Shown here: positions 28,256 to 37,679 of the stretch, one piece after another
How positions within the stretch are numbered: the stretch's first letter is position 1
How the letters are laid out: each line of letters starts with the position of its first letter
Assembly: GCA_964014485.1 (NCBI GenBank)
Contig: CAXHAT010000032.1
Coordinates: 1-50,602 of the forward strand
Length of the DNA stretch: 50,602 bases
Reading direction: 5' to 3'
Source: an uncultured Deferribacteres bacterium
GTDB taxonomy: Bacteria; Zhuqueibacterota; Zhuqueibacteria; Zhuqueibacterales; Geothermadaptataceae
Program-made: the position numbers and the translations under genes
Notes under the pieces: model-generated
Database searches by the model: none
Seen by the model: only the letters and a program-made list of their open reading frames with translations
Told to the model about the DNA's origin: nothing

Positions 28256-29286
28256 TGCAAGAGCCTTTCGAAATAGGCGGCATTACTATTCAGCCCGGCG
28301 AAAGAAAAACGATTGATCTGCATGTCGCCCGACTTTACACCCATGCAGAGCTAAATCTGCCTGTGCAAGTTATTCACGGAAAAAAAGCTGGGCCGCGCTT
28401 ATTCGTTTCCGCCTGCGTTCACGGTGATGAAATAAACGGCATGGAAATTATTCGCCGCTTGTTGCAGATGAAAACCGTCTCGCGAATTAATGGGACGCTG
28501 ATCGTCGCACCTATCATTAATGTTTACGGGCTGATTATGCAAAGCCGCTACTTACCGGATCGCCGTGATCTAAATAGATCGTTTCCGGGCCTGGAGAAGG
28601 GATCGTTGACCGCCAGGCTGGCCCACACTTTCACAAATGAAATCTTGGCGAAATGCACCCACGGAATCGATCTTCACACAGGCTCGAATCATCGTACGAA
28701 CCTGCCGCAAATTCGAGCCAAACTCTCCGACCCGGAAACCGTGCGTCTCGCAAAGGCTTTCGGAGCGCCGGTTATCCTGAACGCCGGGCTGCGGGACGGT
28801 TCGCTGCGAGAATCCGGCATGGCGAAAAACGTTCCCGTGCTCTTGTACGAGGCGGGCGAAGCCTTGCGGTTTAATGAATTCGCCGTTCGCACCGGCTTAC
28901 GGGGCGTTCGCTCCGTTATGCGAACAATCGGGATGATCTCAATCTCTCGTAAAAGGAAATCGATTTTGCCGGTTATTTCTCACAAGAGCTCATGGCTGCG
29001 CGCGCCCAAAAGCGGCGTTTTGACGCTTAAAACGCGCCTGGGGGAGTTTGTTAAAAAAGGCGACTTTCTGGGATCGCTCTCAGACCCGTTTGGGGAAAGT
29101 GTCGAAGATATCGTCGCAACGGACGCGGGGATGGTTATTGGGCTCTTAAAACTGCCCTTGGTTTATCGCGGGGACGCCGTTCTTCACATTGCGCATTTCG
29201 ACAAAGACACTCCTGTTGCTGAAACGATAGAAGCGTTTGAAGAACACCTTGAACTAAGCGAATTTTCAGAAAATCTTTACGGATAG
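28255..29286 (+). CDS. Succinylglutamate desuccinylase/aspartoacylase family (M14) protein
   Basis: HGDEING, DLNRSFPG, IDLHTG, YEAGE; coupled to rimK. Confidence 0.92.
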   Translation: MQEPFEIGGITIQPGERKTIDLHVARLYTHAELNLPVQVIHGKKAGPRLFVSACVHGDEINGMEIIRRLLQMKTVSRINGTLIVAPIINVYGLIMQSRYLPDRRDLNRSFPGLEKGSLTARLAHTFTNEILAKCTHGIDLHTGSNHRTNLPQIRAKLSDPETVRLAKAFGAPVILNAGLRDGSLRESGMAKNVPVLLYEAGEALRFNEFAVRTGLRGVRSVMRTIGMISISRKRKSILPVISHKSSWLRAPKSGVLTLKTRLGEFVKKGDFLGSLSDPFGESVEDIVATDAGMVIGLLKLPLVYRGDAVLHIAHFDKDTPVAETIEAFEEHLELSEFSENLYG

Positions 29287-29349
29287 AGTCAGAGTCGAGC
29301 GGGAATTTCGAATTATCGTTTCTAAGCTGTAATTGCCGCCGAGCAGAGT

Positions 29350-30369
29350 CTAAAAATTTATTTGCATGTTGATGAGTAATTGATGGTGTTTGAAAACCCG
29401 ATCGTCAGGATCAAAAACGTAGTTGATCTGTAACTTCGCCGTGCTGGTCGGCCAATGATTGTAACCCAAAATGAACAAATCGCGGCTTTCCGTGTTGCCA
29501 AAATTCATATAATCCCACCGCAGCAGCATCTGGTTTTTCTCGTCCAAATTATGCGCGCCGGTTAAGTGAAAACCCCAAGGATTTTCCGGGGCGCTTTGCG
29601 GTTGCGACTCTTTCAGTCGCGCGCGGATAAATTCGCCGCTCAAAAAGCCTCTCGCGGACGACCATCGAAAATCGCCGCCATACAAGAGACGTTTCCCGTT
29701 CGAATAGCCTAGAATATTCACAGAACCATCTTTGCTATAGGCTGCGTTCAAGCCGATCTCAATCGGTTTTTGGGATTCGTTGCGGTTGGGGAAAAACGCC
29801 CACCGCGCGACATACAAGAATGCGTTGTTGTCGTTTAGATTGCCGCCGAAATTATCACCGTTAAAAATTCCGGCGCTGTAAGTCGCACCGCCGTTTGCCA
29901 GATTTCCGTGCGCCTGCACGCCAAGCTGCCGTTTCAATGCCAGCAAATTCACAACCTGCGGGCGTTTCACAAAATCGGTTTTCGAAGCTGAGACCAAAAA
30001 ACTCCCGCTGAACGGCGCCTTGAAAAGCCCGGCGTCGATCCCAAAATTTGAAGAAACGCGGTAAGAAGCGCGGGCGTCAACAATCGCCGTGGATTTGGTG
30101 AAATCCGCGTGGAGAAAATAGCTAAATCCGCCGTCGAGAGCGCCCCTGATATTGACGCGCATTTTGGAAATGCTGAACCCGCTCTTGCCGCTGAAACTCC
30201 GCTCCGATTGAAAGTCTCCAACCACCTGCAACAACGCGCCAAAACTCAAGGCTTCCGTCTTGAAATTCTCTTTTAGTTGCTCCCACTTTGGTTCGTCCTG
30301 CGCTTGCGAGCTCGCGTATTGCAGAGAAAGAAGGAGAACAAAAATAGAAAATGGTTTTAGGCGAATCAT
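29350..30369 (-). CDS. Outer-membrane porin (phosphate-selective porin O/P-like)
   Basis: Signal peptide from MIRLKP; GLFKAPFS, RQLGVQ, YSAGIFNG; C-terminal Phe (MQINF). Confidence 0.75.
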   Translation of the reverse strand: MIRLKPFSIFVLLLSLQYASSQAQDEPKWEQLKENFKTEALSFGALLQVVGDFQSERSFSGKSGFSISKMRVNIRGALDGGFSYFLHADFTKSTAIVDARASYRVSSNFGIDAGLFKAPFSGSFLVSASKTDFVKRPQVVNLLALKRQLGVQAHGNLANGGATYSAGIFNGDNFGGNLNDNNAFLYVARWAFFPNRNESQKPIEIGLNAAYSKDGSVNILGYSNGKRLLYGGDFRWSSARGFLSGEFIRARLKESQPQSAPENPWGFHLTGAHNLDEKNQMLLRWDYMNFGNTESRDLFILGYNHWPTSTAKLQINYVFDPDDRVFKHHQLLINMQINF

Positions 30370-30409
30370 GTTGCGGACTCCCCAATTTTGTTGATTAAGG
30401 CGGCGATGT

Positions 30410-31402
30410 TTATTTCCCAGGCTTAAGCCAAAAAAGGTCAATTGCAAATCGCAGCTCATCCGCGATCTGCTCCCGACGATAGCCCGTTTGCAGAGCGAAT
30501 CGCAGATTACGCCAGGAAAAGCTGTAACGACCGACTCCGGCGGTGAAAATTTTATTGTCCACATGTCCGCCGAGATTCTGCGCCCAACCGGCGCGGATCA
30601 TCAGCCACCAGAAAATGTTTGTCTCGCCGCCGGTAAACATGCGCACCGGCGTGTCTTCGTGAAGCGCCGGCTGCAGATCGAACGCGACGCGTACGTTGCG
30701 GCTGATGTAGGCCATGCCGAATTTGAGTTTGGAAGGGATGCGCTGCGAGTAGCGCCCGTTTGCCGAAGAATTCCATCGAAACGTGCCGAAAGCGTCTTTC
30801 CAGACTGCGCCGACGCGCCACTCGCTATGCTGGAAAAAATACCCCAAGTCCACGCCAAAGCCGCCGCCGCCGCCGGTAATCCGATCTTCGCCGCCGTCAA
30901 CATTGTCGCCGAACGAGGCAACGCGCGTTTTGACAGTGACGGAAAAAGCCATGTCATCGACAAACTTTTGCCGGGCAAGGGAAGCGGGAAGAATTTTGTT
31001 TGCCCGGATGGCGCCGCCAACTCCCAGGGTTGTTTCGCTCAACAAGGCGTCTCCAACTTGCTGCACGCTGAGCCCCCAAACGCCTGGGCCGTAAGGATAG
31101 ATCGCGCCGATGTAAGTCGCCGGGACGACGCCGAAAATCTTGGTGGTTGTGGCGGAAAGCGCCGCGAATCTTGAAAAGCCCGCCGCCGCCATGTTGTGCT
31201 CAACGGCGTTGCCGTCATTGGAAAGCGCCGAAGAAGCTCCGCCCATGCTTGCGGGACGTACGCCGAGGTTCAACTCCGCAAACGCGCCTGCGATATTGGA
31301 AAATTGCTGTGCAGTTAAGGAATGTGATAAGCCGGTTAAAATGTACCAGAAAAACACTTTCCAAGCCAATGAGCGGTTCTTTCTTCTCACTTCAATTACC
31401 AT
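30410..31402 (-). CDS. Second PorV/PorQ-like outer-membrane protein
   Basis: GAFAELNLGVRPASMGGA..ALSND..HNMAA, GFGVDLG, IRAG; start uncertain. Confidence 0.65.
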   Translation of the reverse strand: MVIEVRRKNRSLAWKVFFWYILTGLSHSLTAQQFSNIAGAFAELNLGVRPASMGGASSALSNDGNAVEHNMAAAGFSRFAALSATTTKIFGVVPATYIGAIYPYGPGVWGLSVQQVGDALLSETTLGVGGAIRANKILPASLARQKFVDDMAFSVTVKTRVASFGDNVDGGEDRITGGGGGFGVDLGYFFQHSEWRVGAVWKDAFGTFRWNSSANGRYSQRIPSKLKFGMAYISRNVRVAFDLQPALHEDTPVRMFTGGETNIFWWLMIRAGWAQNLGGHVDNKIFTAGVGRYSFSWRNLRFALQTGYRREQIADELRFAIDLFWLKPGK

Positions 31403-32487
31403 TTTAGTAGAATTTTTTCTACCCTGTCTATGTCAAGTTGAGTATTGACGTCTAACCCGCTCTCTCGAACAACTCCAACCAAGGCCACCTTGTGGCTAAA
31501 CGTGACGTACCATGTTGACGTTTCCCCGCTTTTGCTTGTGATGCGAATCTTCAAATGTAGCTTGGAAGACTTTTCTTCGCTAATTTTCTCTAACAATTCG
31601 ATATACTGAAGTTGTTGGAGCAAGATTTTCCCTGCTTGTGATTCATCGCCAGAGAGTTCTTTTCTTAAGTTGAGATCATGATGATGTCCATGAAAAGAGC
31701 CAAATCCCCTATATACATGAAATATTATTGGTTCAGGAGAACCAGAAACAAAAATTAATGCACCTCCTGCGGGAGTTGAATCAAAAATTTTCTGATACTT
31801 TTTTTGCATATCTTCAACGGACATAGGCGATCTAAACTTATCGAGAAATGTTTGTCTTCTCTTGCCAATGTCAAAGTTTGAACTATCTCCCTCACTGCCG
31901 GGGGCGACGGGTTTAGAAACATTTGTGCTTCGTCCTTGTTCATGGCGAGCGTTACTTGAGCGAAGTTGCTCTTCGAGCTTCTGTTTTTGCAAATTAAGCT
32001 TTTTTACTTCGGCCTGAAGTCTAACGTTTTCTTGTTTCAGTTTTTTATTTTCATTCTTTAACTCTTCGAAGTTTATCCCCCCTAAGATCTTCGTTATATT
32101 TTGAATCGAATTTTCGTTTTCAAGATTTGTTGCCTGTAACCCCCTTAGAAATGGAGGCAGAGCATTTATTTCAAACCCACGCATCAAAAGTGGGATTAAG
32201 CGCCTTGAACCCGGTTGGTAATAAAGGTCTTGAAATGCTTGATACTCCATTTTTACCCATTTTGACGTCATGGAGTTGTTTGAGCACACAAGTAAAAAAT
32301 GTTTACTGTTTTCTAGGCTGGTTTCTATGACTTCACGCCATCCGCTGCCAGAATCTTCTTTTAAGGATTCGGTAGACCAAAATACACGTAATCCGTTGGT
32401 GCTGAGCTCTTGCCAAATAGGCCTTACAAAGTCAATATCCTCTTTGGCAAAACTGATAAATACGTCGTAATCGAATACATCTTGCAT
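31396..32487 (-). CDS. TIR domain protein (TIR + coiled coil + unknown C-terminal region)
   Basis: YDVFISFAKED, LRVFW, SKWVKME (catalytic Glu position), IPLL..LPPFL; leucine heptads LKNENKKLKQENVRLQAEVKKL; visibly AT-richer than neighbours. Confidence 0.85.
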   Translation of the reverse strand: MQDVFDYDVFISFAKEDIDFVRPIWQELSTNGLRVFWSTESLKEDSGSGWREVIETSLENSKHFLLVCSNNSMTSKWVKMEYQAFQDLYYQPGSRRLIPLLMRGFEINALPPFLRGLQATNLENENSIQNITKILGGINFEELKNENKKLKQENVRLQAEVKKLNLQKQKLEEQLRSSNARHEQGRSTNVSKPVAPGSEGDSSNFDIGKRRQTFLDKFRSPMSVEDMQKKYQKIFDSTPAGGALIFVSGSPEPIIFHVYRGFGSFHGHHHDLNLRKELSGDESQAGKILLQQLQYIELLEKISEEKSSKLHLKIRITSKSGETSTWYVTFSHKVALVGVVRESGLDVNTQLDIDRVEKILLKW

Positions 32488-32761
32488 AAATTAGATTTTC
32501 CCTCTCTGGATGACTAACATAACAATCGTCTCTTCGAAAACTGCGATATGATTCTTGAATCGCCTAACGAATATCAATCCTTGCTTCCGAGTTAATTTAT
32601 TTTTTAAGCGGGCTTTTCAAACAAAAACGTTCCAGAGAAACCTACAGGGACGTTCTTGTTTGCGTCTTGGGCGGGAACTCGAGTGAAATGCGTCTCAGCG
32701 ACTGAAGCCAAAATCGAAAAGTCAGTTGGAGAAACAGGCCAATCGGAAAGCTGGGTAGCGC

Positions 32762-33613
32762 TCAGCCTATGCTCCGTAAGTTCTTTTCAATTTCTTGCCA
32801 ACGTTTTGTAGCCAATTCGCTAGTTTGGCCTCTCCGGGCAAACGAGAAGCTTTGCCACGCTTTGTGCGGCGCTTCCACCCGCATCATGCCTTCATCAAGG
32901 CGGCTGGCCAACGTTTGCATAGCTTCGAGAAAACGCGGGTCGCGGTGCGCTTTTTTGTAGTGGGAGAGAACATGCACATAATAGAAAAGATTGTACCGAA
33001 GAAAAGGGTTCTCCACTTTGAGAAACCGTGAGCCAATCCCAAACACGCAAGGGCCGAGCGGCTCTTTGGCTTCCCAGTGCCGAAGCAAGAATTCCACGCC
33101 TCGATTCAAGGCCGAGACGTCCCTTTGGCTATTGTCGCGAAATCGAAACGCGTCCAGCACGTAGAGCGTGGTTCCCGGGTTGCTCGCATCAGTTTCCGGC
33201 GATTTGCCAAGTTTGACTGTTGCACATCGCCAGCCTCCGTCGCCCGATTGAATTTCCAGAAACCAATGAAAGATTTTTTCTGATCGCGCACCTTCTTGAA
33301 CGCCGAGCCTTCCAAATGCGGCGGCAATCCTTCCCGCCATGCAAGGCAGTCTGGAACTCTTTTTGGCGTACCTGAACGAGCCGTCAGGGTTTTGATAACT
33401 CATGATGAAGTTGACGGCATTCTGAAGCGCCGGGAATTCTTGAGTCGTCGCGCCCAATTCACCCAGCACGTTCAAAACGTCAATTGTAGAAAAACCGGCC
33501 GGTGCATGAATGTCTCCGTCTTTACGCGACCAAAACGGGCCGCCGTTTTCACGCTGACGTTCGAAAAGGGTTTGAATTTCTTTTGCCCATTTGTTCCGTT
33601 TTTTCATCACCAT
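32762..33613 (-). CDS. Prenyltransferase/squalene-oxidase repeat (alpha/alpha toroid) protein
   Basis: Repeated QxxDGx(F/W) motifs (QNPDGSF, QSGDGGW); FGIGSRF..YNLFYY. Confidence 0.7.
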   Translation of the reverse strand: MVMKKRNKWAKEIQTLFERQRENGGPFWSRKDGDIHAPAGFSTIDVLNVLGELGATTQEFPALQNAVNFIMSYQNPDGSFRYAKKSSRLPCMAGRIAAAFGRLGVQEGARSEKIFHWFLEIQSGDGGWRCATVKLGKSPETDASNPGTTLYVLDAFRFRDNSQRDVSALNRGVEFLLRHWEAKEPLGPCVFGIGSRFLKVENPFLRYNLFYYVHVLSHYKKAHRDPRFLEAMQTLASRLDEGMMRVEAPHKAWQSFSFARRGQTSELATKRWQEIEKNLRSIG

Positions 33614-33710
33614 ATTTGCGGTCTGTTTGCTTTTGGTGATTTACCGGGACTGCGTCGGGACGATCATGAGTTTCCGAGCTCCGAAAAGAATGACGCAGGA
33701 GCTTCCTTCA

Positions 33711-34343
33711 TCATTCCGGCTTCTGTTCTGCGCCGAGAATCGTTCCCAATTTGGTTCTCATTTTTCCAGCGAGCTTGCTTAGACGGCCCGCAACATTCTT
33801 GCGATCGTTCATATATTGCAAAAACCACTCTGCGATAATTTTTTGATCGGCGGCCAATTGTGCGTTGCCGGGATCGGCAATTTTGCGGTATTGCTCCGAA
33901 ATGTCGGTGATTTTCTGCTCGACATAAACAAGCTGACTCACCCCCGTCGAAAATTCTGTTATCGTGAGATATAGCTCAAGATCATAAACGTCGAGGTTCT
34001 GCGTTTTTAGCGCATCGTTAAAGGCTTCGACCGGGTATTGCGGCGAAATGTAGCGGAAGTTGCCGAAGTATGGGATCGTCCCCTGGGCGAGCTTATCGCT
34101 GAATTCCTGGTTATAGCTATTGTGCCAGAGCACTCTGTCGGCGAACTTCTTTTCATACAATTCGGCGGCTTGCTGCAAAATCGAAAAAACTTTCAAGCGC
34201 CGCGCTTCGAACGCCCGATCTTTCTGGTATTGATCGATGCTGAAGGCGAGATAAACTCCCGCAGCGACGATTATCAGCTCGAGTATCACGCGAAAATAGT
34301 TGATTTCACGAATCCAGGAATTCAAATGTTTGGTGTTGTTCAT
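33711..34343 (-). CDS. Hypothetical membrane-anchored helical protein (DUF6090-like)
   Basis: ELIIVAAGVYLAFSIDQY N-terminal anchor followed by a helical region. Confidence 0.6.
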   Translation of the reverse strand: MNNTKHLNSWIREINYFRVILELIIVAAGVYLAFSIDQYQKDRAFEARRLKVFSILQQAAELYEKKFADRVLWHNSYNQEFSDKLAQGTIPYFGNFRYISPQYPVEAFNDALKTQNLDVYDLELYLTITEFSTGVSQLVYVEQKITDISEQYRKIADPGNAQLAADQKIIAEWFLQYMNDRKNVAGRLSKLAGKMRTKLGTILGAEQKPE

Positions 34344-34385
34344 ACGTTGAATTTAAAAAGCATTTTCCAATATTTTTTTGAGATT

Positions 34386-34658
34386 ATTCACTGCCTGACA
34401 CTTTTTCTATCGGCTTCCAAAGCTGGTGAAAAAGGCCGGAATTGTCATACTGGAAACGCGATAAATTTTCAACCGCCCCTGACGGGACTCGACAAGAAAC
34501 AAAACGTCGTCTTCCCCGGAAGTGAACTTCCGGGCTGCTTTCGACCGACCCTGCGAGGCTTTTAAAACAGCTTCTAACAAAGATTCTAATAAAACGATAA
34601 TTCGAAGCCTCCTCGCCAGGCCTAAACGGCTATTTGTAAGAAGTGTCAGGTAGTAAAT
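34386..34658. mobile_element. Degenerate MITE-like element (about 270 bp) with imperfect TIRs and internal REP-like hairpins
   Basis: ATTCACTGCCTGACACTTTTT (34386-34406) versus the reverse complement of 34638-34658 (ATTTACTACCTGACACTTCTT), 18/21; internal perfect hairpin CCCGGAAGT-ga-ACTTCCGGG (34515-34534). Confidence 0.55.
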
Positions 34659-34669
34659 GCAGTTTGCGA

Positions 34670-35710
34670 TCAGTTAGCCTGCTTTGCCAACAGAATGCAA
34701 CGAATTATCTGATTAACTTCAGCCCAGGTTTTTGACCATTCAGCGCGATGAACGATGATCGTTTCGATTTCTGGGAAAATATACAGCGCGTGTCCTGATC
34801 CTCCTCTTGCCGCCGCCATTTCATAATGCAGAAATTCAGAAGGCTTTGCAATCCACCACATGTAGCCATACCCCCACTCAGGGCCGGCGTCTGAGTACGG
34901 AACAAATGACCGTTCGATCCATGAACTGGGTATGATTTGAGCGTCGTTCCAACGACCGTTTCTCAAATAAAGCAAGCCGAATCTAGCAAGATCACGAGCA
35001 GACATCTCGAAATGATAAGCGGGGTGTATCGATTGGTCGCGCTCGTAGTAATACAGAGTATTTTCAGCGGAGAAATCTTGCATCTGCAACGGCGTCGCGA
35101 AACGTTCAGCAATAGCCTGAAAGACGTCTTCCCCGGTAAGCTGAATGAAAATCGTTCCAAGCGCGTTGAAGTCCCAGTTGTTGTAGTAGAAGAATTCGCC
35201 CGGCGAATAACTGCCTCGTTCAGGCCTTAGTGATTTTGCACGATCGGACTGAGCGGCGGCCGTGTGGTATACCCCTGATCTTGATTGGAGAAGCTGCTCG
35301 ACCGTGGCTGTTTTTTCTACTGAGGTCAAACCGTGAAGATCGTCAATTCCGAGTGAATCGACCGTCGCTTGTAAGTCGATAATCCCTTTCTCTACAAATA
35401 TGCCGTAAAGCCCGCTCAGGAAACTTTTGCGAACAGAACGAACGATTTCATTCTTGTCAACATCCCCCCATTTATCCACAACAACGCCTCGGTCGACGAT
35501 AAAAACAGCATCTGATCCCAAACGTAACGAGAGATTTTTCGCTTCCCGCAGTTTGGGCGCTGACCATCCCAGAGCGCCCGGGAATGGGGCTTCCTGCCAG
35601 GCCGCTTCAGGGTAGACTGCGCCATCGTTCAATCCCGCCGGATCGAACGCTTGTTTTTCGCAGTTGTGAAAGAAGAGCGCAGTAAAAAGTATGAAACTCA
35701 GTTTTTTCAT
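34670..35710 (-). CDS. Serine hydrolase, beta-lactamase/AmpC-like family (lipoprotein)
   Basis: SVRK (SxxK), YYNNWDFNALG (YxN), SARDLARFG, ARGGSG; FHNC lipobox-like. Confidence 0.88.
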   Translation of the reverse strand: MKKLSFILFTALFFHNCEKQAFDPAGLNDGAVYPEAAWQEAPFPGALGWSAPKLREAKNLSLRLGSDAVFIVDRGVVVDKWGDVDKNEIVRSVRKSFLSGLYGIFVEKGIIDLQATVDSLGIDDLHGLTSVEKTATVEQLLQSRSGVYHTAAAQSDRAKSLRPERGSYSPGEFFYYNNWDFNALGTIFIQLTGEDVFQAIAERFATPLQMQDFSAENTLYYYERDQSIHPAYHFEMSARDLARFGLLYLRNGRWNDAQIIPSSWIERSFVPYSDAGPEWGYGYMWWIAKPSEFLHYEMAAARGGSGHALYIFPEIETIIVHRAEWSKTWAEVNQIIRCILLAKQAN

Positions 35711-35846
35711 TTTGAAATGTTCGCTTACGTTTTTTCAAAACAATCGATGGAGTTGCGAATCAACGGCAGGTCATTGTACAGGAAACCAAGAGCGTCTGTT
35801 TCGATAGCCTTGCGGTCAGCGCGACGCCGATGTTAGACTGCGGATT

Positions 35847-36935
35847 CTATTCTATGCTTGAGGTTAGGTCAGCTATGCGATTTGTAAGTCCTCGAAATTG
35901 TCGGTTTCTCACTCTGGGACCATAGTTCCACCAAAGTCCTCTGCGCAAACCAGGCTCGCCGGTATCGACGCGATTGACGACGACAAGTTTTCTATTCGGA
36001 TCAACTAACAATTTTTGACCGCCGGTGCCGCTGGCCATGTAAGAGCCGTCTCCGATTGTCCACCACATAAACCCATAGCCAAATCGCCCGGCTTCGGAAT
36101 ACGTGGCCGTGCTTGCCGATACCCAATCGCGCGAAATGATCTGTTTGCCGCCCCAGGCTCCATCGTTCAGGAACAACATGCCGAATCTCGCTAAATCACG
36201 CGCCGATATCCAGAAGCGATAAGCCGGGAAATCGGATTCTTCGGAATAGGTATACCTTACATCCTCAATGCGAAAGTCCTGCATACCGATAGGCTCTGCA
36301 ATCCATTCTTTAAACGCTTCTCCCAATTTTAGCGCAGTAACCCGCTCGAAAATACCGCCAAGTGCGTTGAAGCTCCAATTATTATAAAAAAAGAAGGTCC
36401 CAGGAGCATGTGCGTGTCTTTCCGGGCGCCCTTCTTCCATATCCGCTTTGACGGAGTTGCGGTAGACGCCGGATTTAGATTTCAACAGATCGACGATGCG
36501 CGCTTGCTTTTCTTGAGGTGAAAGCGGCGGATTCTTGTCATCGACGCCCAAGTCAGCCAATGTGCTGTTCGTGTCGATCAATCCTTTTTGGAACGCGACG
36601 CCGTAAAGTGCAGAGACCAAACTCTTGCGCACTGAATGTCCGCTGATGCGTTTGTCTGTTTTGCCCCATTCAACGATGAGTCGATTATTCTGGATAGCTA
36701 TAACGGCCGTTGTCTTCAAGCTGTCTGCAAATTTGCGTATGTTTTCGAGTTCGGCCGGAGGGATTTTAATGGCAGGCGAAAATACGGATTGGCGTGACTG
36801 GGCTTTTGCGACGTCAACAAGAGGCGCTCCTTCGATTAAACTTCTGTTCGAAAGATACACGCCAAGTCCGATCAGAAATACCCCGAAAAGAAACATGACA
36901 AGGACGGCGATCATTCGTTTCAGCCATTTGGCCAT
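35847..36935 (-). CDS. Serine hydrolase, beta-lactamase/AmpC-like family (paralog of the neighbouring gene)
   Basis: SVRK, FYNNWSFNALG, SARDLARFG, ASGTGGQ; N-terminal TM helix. Confidence 0.88.
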   Translation of the reverse strand: MAKWLKRMIAVLVMFLFGVFLIGLGVYLSNRSLIEGAPLVDVAKAQSRQSVFSPAIKIPPAELENIRKFADSLKTTAVIAIQNNRLIVEWGKTDKRISGHSVRKSLVSALYGVAFQKGLIDTNSTLADLGVDDKNPPLSPQEKQARIVDLLKSKSGVYRNSVKADMEEGRPERHAHAPGTFFFYNNWSFNALGGIFERVTALKLGEAFKEWIAEPIGMQDFRIEDVRYTYSEESDFPAYRFWISARDLARFGMLFLNDGAWGGKQIISRDWVSASTATYSEAGRFGYGFMWWTIGDGSYMASGTGGQKLLVDPNRKLVVVNRVDTGEPGLRRGLWWNYGPRVRNRQFRGLTNRIADLTSSIE

Positions 36936-36975
36936 TTTGCTTCCCTCTAAGATTCAATCGCGCAATCTAATGTTC

Positions 36976-37587
36976 TCAGAACGCTTTCGTCATTCGATAG
37001 AAGCGCAATCCTGAAATGGGCAAGCGCTTTGGCCATTGCGATTCGACGGTCATCCCGCGGCGTTCGTAGAAACGTCGAGCACGCTCATTCTTCGCGGAAA
37101 CGTCGAGAACGAGTCGCCCTGACCCACTGGCGGCGCCGCGCTCTTCAATGAAATCTAGTAAAATTGACCCAATGCCTTTGCCGTCAAGTCCCTTGTCGAC
37201 CGCGATGGCTTGCAGGTAAAAATCGCCGTCAGCGATGGAGTCAATAATTCGCATAATTGGTGCGAACAAGATGGAAATGATCTTCATTCGCAAATTAAAC
37301 CTTCCTGCCGCTATCTTCAGAGGCTGATCTGAGGCGAGATGATGTTGTTCGGCTGTATAGCCCAAAACCATCCCCACGATTGTCTTGTCATGTTCGGCAA
37401 AGGTCACGTTTTGGTATGACAGGTCATGGTTTGGTTGGATGAATGCTTCGGCGACTATTTCTACAGCATTGCGCCCAAGCCAAAAACGAAAGAAACCTTC
37501 GGCTGATCTGTCGAGCAAGGCGGCAAATGACCGTCCTTCATCAAGATCGGCGTTTGCAGCTCTAAGGATTATCTCGTCTTGATGCAT
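36976..37587 (-). CDS. GNAT family N-acetyltransferase
   Basis: FYLQAIAVD..DGKGIGS, LDVSAKNERARRFYERRG; start placed at MHQDE (37587). Confidence 0.85.
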   Translation of the reverse strand: MHQDEIILRAANADLDEGRSFAALLDRSAEGFFRFWLGRNAVEIVAEAFIQPNHDLSYQNVTFAEHDKTIVGMVLGYTAEQHHLASDQPLKIAAGRFNLRMKIISILFAPIMRIIDSIADGDFYLQAIAVDKGLDGKGIGSILLDFIEERGAASGSGRLVLDVSAKNERARRFYERRGMTVESQWPKRLPISGLRFYRMTKAF

Positions 37588-37663
37588 GATAGTTGTTTCC
37601 GACTTAATGACGGCGTTTAAAGCGGAGTAACTGAAGCCCCGAAACGCGTATCCAGACTCAATG

Positions 37664-37679
37664 TCAGGACATGTCCTGA
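37664..37679. promoter_or_regulatory. Perfect 16-bp palindrome, possible transcription-factor operator
   Basis: TCAGGACATGTCCTGA, about 77 bp upstream of the GNAT start. Confidence 0.3.

Noticed and set aside
26851..29286. Protease-rimK-deacylase trio as a novel system
   Set aside because: This is a widespread, already described operon arrangement
30370..30564. Extended N-termini in the ORF track (porin; also 14511, 27299, 37878, 7253)
   Set aside because: They overlap neighbouring genes or intergenic elements; downstream ATGs give proper SD or signal peptides
32580..32760. Possible riboswitch upstream of the TIR gene
   Set aside because: Only short scattered pairings; no recognisable aptamer consensus
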